Source of the DNA: a virus
Taxonomy: Duplodnaviria > Heunggongvirae > Uroviricota > Caudoviricetes
IMG/VR virus record: IMGVR_UViG_3300009856_000010
Coordinates: 64,001-83,155 of that record
Length of the DNA stretch: 19,155 nucleotides
Reading direction: 5' to 3' (one strand)
Position numbers and translations under genes: made by a program
The notes under the pieces: generated by a model
What the model saw: the letters and a program-made list of their open reading frames with translations, nothing else
Database searches by the model: none
Told to the model about the DNA's origin: nothing
Shown: positions 15,240 through 19,155 of the stretch, one piece after another
How the letters are laid out: each line of letters opens with the position of its first letter
How positions within the stretch are numbered: the first letter of the stretch is position 1

Positions 15240-15467
15240 TTACTTCAATTTGCCAAAGCCGGTATACCATCCGCTTGTACCTCTATCACAATTTTCTATG
15301 CGTACTTCATGTACACGCTTCAACCAACCGGCTCCTTTTCGTTTTAATGTGGTTATTACTTGATTGATACAATGAAAATTAGAATCATACACCATAGCAA
15401 TTATATTGCCATTACTGTCATAGCTGGTAGCCTTAATTGTGTCGCTTTCGTAAATTCGATTAGCCAT
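15240..15467 (-). CDS. Hypothetical protein (75 aa), first gene of the early/accessory operon
   Basis: Follows a consensus promoter and the 22-bp leader motif. Confidence 0.7.
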   Translation of the reverse strand: MANRIYESDTIKATSYDSNGNIIAMVYDSNFHCINQVITTLKRKGAGWLKRVHEVRIENCDRGTSGWYTGFGKLK

Positions 15468-15525
15468 AATGGTAAGTTTTGAGTTATCGGGGATCCGCCC
15501 GACCGGGTTCTCATTAACTGATATA

Positions 15526-15556
15526 CAAATGTACGGTATAAATTTGAATTACCAAA
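15526..15556 (-). promoter_or_regulatory. Bacteroidetes sigma-A promoter of the accessory operon
   Basis: TTTG (15556-15553), 19-bp spacer, TACATTTG (15533-15526): exact consensus. Confidence 0.8.
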
Positions 15557-15997
15557 ATATTTGCACGGAAAAATTAATTAATTCGTTATTATTTATTGTA
15601 TTAATATGTTTTTATTCGATTGTTCCATTTTAATAATGAAATTATCGGGTTAAATATTCTTTTTCCCTATGTAGATTCAATTTTATTTTCTCTCAATTTC
15701 TTAGAGGTTAATAATCTAAATACTGCGTTATAGATACTTTAAACAACCTATGCATATATCAACCGTCTAAAAACAGGCGTGCGAGATAGCCGCCCGTAGC
15801 GTGGCGGTTGATTTTCGTCGAGAAGGGAGTAGTTTAAAAAGTTTCTATTCTTGAAAATCAGTTAGTTACGATAATATTTGGAAAGCGTTATAAGTGTATT
15901 ATGTAAAATATAATATAAATAATTGTAATAATATAGTGTCTAAAATTAATTATTATCAAAACGAAAACAGCTATTATATGTTATTAAGTTTTTGACA

Positions 15998-16047
15998 CAA
16001 AATAAGCCCCTCAATCAAAGCTCTGTGCACTATGACGAGGGGCTATT
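15998..16047 (-). terminator. Terminator of the lysis operon
   Basis: AGCCCCTC (16005-16012) / GAGGGGCT (16037-16044) stem followed by UUAUUUUG on the minus strand, just after the stop at 16069. Confidence 0.6.
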
Positions 16048-16068
16048 AAACAAAATGGATATGAATGT

Positions 16069-16728
16069 TTATCGTCTTATAATCATTTTCCAAAGTCCTG
16101 ACCAGCCTACAGACTTAACTATACTGATAATCTTCAGTATAATAAAAAGCAATACAGCAATGGTGGCAATACATAATGAAATTTGCAAGATGAAGGAACT
16201 CTCCTTTTTTTCTTTGATGATTTCCTCCTTTTCATTGGTTTTTGAACTTCCGGAAAGCTCTTCTTTGATATTTAATTGAGAACTATCTTTCTTCTCATTA
16301 TCTAAACTATCAATTTTATTAGCTTGAGATTGTTTCTTAGACGACTCCTTAACCTGATCTGTTTTATTTAGATTAACGAAGGTTTCCTCAGATACAGAAC
16401 CGTCATTTCTATACTTTATGTTGTGGATATTCACGTTCATATCGGAAGAGTTCTCTTTCTCAATTTGCTCAGCAATAGAAGTTGATTCACTGGATGTCTG
16501 CTTCGTTTTTTCCTCGATATCCAATTGAGACTTATCTTGTTTCTTCTTCTCAACATTCTGTTCAGTTTTTATCTGAGATTTAACACTATCTTTGGTACTT
16601 CGACAGCTTGTCATTAATGCCGACATAAGAATGGTTATTAACAGAATGAGGAAGACAGAAACAACAACAGGCAAGCAACCTTTTTCATTCCGAACAGGTT
16701 CATATTCGTTATTATCTTGATAAATCAT
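16069..16728 (-). CDS. Spanin-like membrane lipoprotein (possible unimolecular spanin)
   Basis: Hydrophobic segment ending in a lipobox-like LMTS-C, a polar K/S/E/Q-rich middle, and a C-terminal TM helix. Directly downstream of the endolysin. Confidence 0.6.
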   Translation of the reverse strand: MIYQDNNEYEPVRNEKGCLPVVVSVFLILLITILMSALMTSCRSTKDSVKSQIKTEQNVEKKKQDKSQLDIEEKTKQTSSESTSIAEQIEKENSSDMNVNIHNIKYRNDGSVSEETFVNLNKTDQVKESSKKQSQANKIDSLDNEKKDSSQLNIKEELSGSSKTNEKEEIIKEKKESSFILQISLCIATIAVLLFIILKIISIVKSVGWSGLWKMIIRR

Positions 16729-16740
16729 ACCTATTCAATT

Positions 16741-17265
16741 TTAAATATTACCATATTCCAAAATAGCATCAAAGCATGGGCATTCTTTTATCCATTCTTG
16801 CTTTTCAATAATTCCGTTGCCATTCAAATCCGGCGAATAGTCGCGATGACCTTTTATTGTAGCTGCGGGGAATAATACCACAAGTTGGGTGAGCAGCCAC
16901 AATAAAGATTCTTTTTGTTCGGGTGTACGGGTGTCTTTCCCTTTTCCTTTTTCGTCTAATCCGCCTTCATAGACAATGCCTATCGATTTGGAGTTGGAAC
17001 CTGATACATGCGCGCCGACTTCATTTAGATAGCGACCTATCTGTATCGTGCCGTCGGTAAGGACAACAAAATGATAACCACAGGTTCTTCCACTTTCCGG
17101 TTGTTTTTTGAACCCTCGCTGTGCGTGTAGCTTATCAATAACATCAACGTCGCATTTTACACCGGGCTTAGACGCGGTACAATGCAATACAATATCCGTA
17201 ATACTACGGGTTGAATTATACTTCTTCAAGTATAAGAGGATTTCATTCTTATTCATACAATTCAT
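16741..17265 (-). CDS. N-acetylmuramoyl-L-alanine amidase endolysin (Amidase_2, T7 lysozyme-like)
   Basis: IVLHCTA, GYHFVV..DGTIQIGR....GAHVSGSNSKSIGIVYEGG, DTRTPEQKESL, GHRD, KECPCFD (Zn ligands H, H, C). Confidence 0.95.
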   Translation of the reverse strand: MNCMNKNEILLYLKKYNSTRSITDIVLHCTASKPGVKCDVDVIDKLHAQRGFKKQPESGRTCGYHFVVLTDGTIQIGRYLNEVGAHVSGSNSKSIGIVYEGGLDEKGKGKDTRTPEQKESLLWLLTQLVVLFPAATIKGHRDYSPDLNGNGIIEKQEWIKECPCFDAILEYGNI

Positions 17266-17930
17266 TAATTTACAGGTTTATATTCAGGTAAAATATCTGC
17301 GATTAGATTTGCTTTTTCGCACATTCTTCCTTTAATTTGATCTAAGCTTTCCGGTTGGCTATGTGTGTATTCAACACAAAGAGTGCCCTCCCAATATCCT
17401 TGTTCATCAATCAGCTTGCGGAAAATCAGAGTTTTCACCCCTCGCCGGTGTGCTTCGGAGAATATTTTTACGTCTTTTATATCTTTCACATTGCGATAGA
17501 TCATCCAATCATCGGTACTGAGCTTTGAAACGAGACCAGCCCATTCACTCATTCGCTTTTTCTGGAAATTCTGTTTGTGGGCAACGACATCGCGGTCGGG
17601 GTGCGTAATTTCAAGTGAAACCGAAATAAATTGCTTGTCAGTAAGCGGGTGTGGTTGTATAATGAATACTCTATCGGCATCTGTGGAAAGCAACAATTTC
17701 CACATGTAACCATATAAACGAGCATAGACTTCAGATAAGACGGCTTTTTCTTTGTCGTGCTTTTGCTTATCCTCTTTTTCTATTTTATCAAAACGTCTTT
17801 CGTTTTCAATTTCCCGTTGTTTTAATTCAAACTCAAGTTCTTTTTCTTTTCGTTTGCCAACAATTTGTGCAATACCGAGAATAATGGTGCCAATGGCACC
17901 TACCAGGCCTGCTAATCCTATCCAATCCAT
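17265..17930 (-). CDS. Holin-like protein: single N-terminal TM helix, coiled coil, soluble C-terminal domain
   Basis: TM MDWIGLAGLVGAIGTIILGIAQIV. Its stop overlaps the amidase ATG (TAATG), the usual holin position. Confidence 0.6.
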   Translation of the reverse strand: MDWIGLAGLVGAIGTIILGIAQIVGKRKEKELEFELKQREIENERRFDKIEKEDKQKHDKEKAVLSEVYARLYGYMWKLLLSTDADRVFIIQPHPLTDKQFISVSLEITHPDRDVVAHKQNFQKKRMSEWAGLVSKLSTDDWMIYRNVKDIKDVKIFSEAHRRGVKTLIFRKLIDEQGYWEGTLCVEYTHSQPESLDQIKGRMCEKANLIADILPEYKPVN

Positions 17931-17963
17931 TTTCGTTTATTTTTATTTTAATGAATAATAAAG

Positions 17964-17971
17964 CAAATGTA
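17964..17971 (-). promoter_or_regulatory. Possible -7 element for the lysis operon
   Basis: TACATTTG 33 bp before ATG 17930; no -33 TTTG at consensus spacing. Confidence 0.45.
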
Positions 17972-18131
17972 GTGTGCAGAGTTCTTATGGTAGGGACAGA
18001 CCTGTCAAAACAAAAATGAGGTTGCATTTATATACGAATGCTTTTATGTTCAACCAATAGGATATCATACTACTTAATTATAGCTTTTCTCAAACGTAAC
18101 GTAAGTTATCATAAGTCAATGGCGGTTCATT

Positions 18132-18165
18132 TTTGTTGCTTTATTATTTATTATTACTACTTTTG
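18132..18165 (+). promoter_or_regulatory. Sigma-A promoter upstream of the long hairpin
   Basis: TTTG (18132-18135) and TACTTTTG (18158-18165), 22-bp spacer (slightly long). Confidence 0.6.
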
Positions 18166-18169
18166 TATC

Positions 18170-18361
18170 ACCACTCATGTATACGCAAAAGATGCGATAT
18201 GATGCGGCAGAAGGCATTGAGCCCTCGGCCATGCGTCATATCGCATCTTTTGTGTTAATACGTGAGTGGTATCCTATTAACAGGTCGGGGGCTTTTTAAT
18301 TATTAGATATAGAAAAAGAGAGATAGTTTTCATTCGGGCATGGAACTATCTCTCTTTTTTT
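18170..18361 (+). ncRNA. Candidate structured RNA or attenuator leader
   Basis: 36-bp stem (18170-18205 with 18233-18270) whose three non-Watson-Crick pairs are all G-U on the plus strand. Begins right after a promoter and ends at a strong terminator. Confidence 0.6.
18313..18361. terminator. Intrinsic, probably bidirectional terminator
   Basis: AAAAAGAGAGATAGTT / AACTATCTCTCTTTTT perfect 16-bp arms with a T7 tail. Confidence 0.8.
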
Positions 18362-18452
18362 ATGTACAGACAAGTATGTATCGTGGCATATTAAAGGTAT
18401 TCCTTCTGCACACTAATAGAATAAATACTAATTTCAAAAACATTTTAATATT

Positions 18453-19055
18453 ATGATTTATGGCTATATTCGTGTGTCAACTGACAAACAGACTGTGGAG
18501 AACCAACGTTATGAGATAAAGCGTTATTGTGAATCACGTGGATGGCAAATAGATAAATGGATATCGGAAACGATTTCGGGAACAAAAGAAGTTAAAAAGC
18601 GAAAACTTGGAGGACTAATCAAAAAGTTACAGGAAGGAGATATACTTGTTTGCTCAGAAATCAGTAGGCTTGGTCGATCAATGTTTATGATACTTGATAT
18701 ACTTAAAATATGCCTTGAGAAGGGTATAATGGTCCAAACAATCAAAGATAACTATACACTTGGTTCTGATCCGATGAGTAAGTTAATCGCTTCTGTTTAT
18801 GGTTTTATTGCAGAGATGGAGAGGAATCTTATTTCACAACGTACAAAAGAAGGTTTGAAAAGAAGGCAGGCTGAGGGAGTACAACTTGGGAGACAGCATG
18901 GATCCACAAATAGCAGTTATAAACTAACAGGTAAAGAGAAAGAAATAAGAAAGATGCTCAGTGCAGGTGTTTCAAAGACCTCTATGTGTCGATTATATAA
19001 AGTTTATCCATCTACCTTAAATAGTTTTATTGAACGCTATAATTTGACAGAATAA
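18453..19055 (+). CDS. Small serine recombinase (resolvase/invertase; resembles the Bacteroides Mpi family)
   Basis: MIYGYIRVSTDKQ (catalytic Ser), ETISGTK, GDILVCSEISRLGRS, ERNLISQRTKEGL..GVQLGR, C-terminal HTH. Confidence 0.92.
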   Translation: MIYGYIRVSTDKQTVENQRYEIKRYCESRGWQIDKWISETISGTKEVKKRKLGGLIKKLQEGDILVCSEISRLGRSMFMILDILKICLEKGIMVQTIKDNYTLGSDPMSKLIASVYGFIAEMERNLISQRTKEGLKRRQAEGVQLGRQHGSTNSSYKLTGKEKEIRKMLSAGVSKTSMCRLYKVYPSTLNSFIERYNLTE

Positions 19056-19155
19056 TTTTCCTGATTTTTGCATATAAATGTGACTTAGATTTGAAGGTGT
19101 CATTTTCACATTAATTAGTGTGAATAATCCTTGTGTATTTATCGTCCCTTAAAAA

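Larger units (their letters stand above)
12896..15510 (-). repeat. 22-bp 5'-leader motif GAACCCGG(C/T)CG(G/T)GCGGATCCCC, 3 copies
   Basis: At 12896-12917, 14709-14730 and 15489-15510; each ends 21-22 nt before an ATG (12874, 14686, 15467). Confidence 0.9.
1..19155. mobile_element. Bacteroidales phage-plasmid (part)
   Basis: An iteron replicon and partition system co-occur with a holin-amidase-spanin cassette and phage-type small genes. No host housekeeping genes and no integrase in the window. Confidence 0.75.

Noticed and set aside
15666-15678. CCTATGTAGATTC, partial inverted match to the 26-bp motif
   Set aside because: Matches the short arm and the variable spacer only, in opposite orientation; cannot be told from chance by eye.
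18092-18103. AAACGTAACGTA resembling an Mpi inverted-repeat core
   Set aside because: Imperfect match and no inverted partner found in the window.
19077-19127. Short inverted repeats after the recombinase (AATGTG/CACATT, TTCACA/TGTGAA)
   Set aside because: Could be a res or inversion subsite but are short, AT-rich and at the window edge; not supportable.

Overview
Segment of a Bacteroidales temperate phage that appears to replicate as a plasmid (phage-plasmid). The host call is inferred from TAnnTTTG/TTTG promoters, AT-rich Shine-Dalgarno-less starts and the protein families. Left to right: (i) a minus-strand run of mostly unknown phage genes, including a truncated radical-SAM gene missed by the ORF track and a VirE-N/PriCT-2 protein; (ii) a complete plasmid maintenance module: a Rep_3 initiator fused to a C-terminal DnaA domain-I-like module, an iteron origin (13 copies of a 17-bp motif plus 3 outliers), ParA plus a ribbon-helix-helix adaptor, and a 38-unit 8-bp-periodic centromere; (iii) a candidate sRNA whose 5' part is complementary to two sites in the parA mRNA, next to a 5 x 23-bp operator-like array; (iv) an early/accessory gene run (9879-15467: DUF4942-type methyltransferase, tandem BRCT protein, J-domain/LPD29 protein, unknowns) in which six consecutive genes are each followed by the same co-oriented 26-bp motif and three genes are preceded by a second 22-bp leader motif; (v) a lysis cassette (holin-like, amidase, spanin-like); (vi) a promoter-to-terminator structured RNA candidate and an Mpi-like serine recombinase. 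The most unusual signal is the repeat-punctuated gene array in (iv). All family assignments come from motif recognition by eye; no database searches were run.
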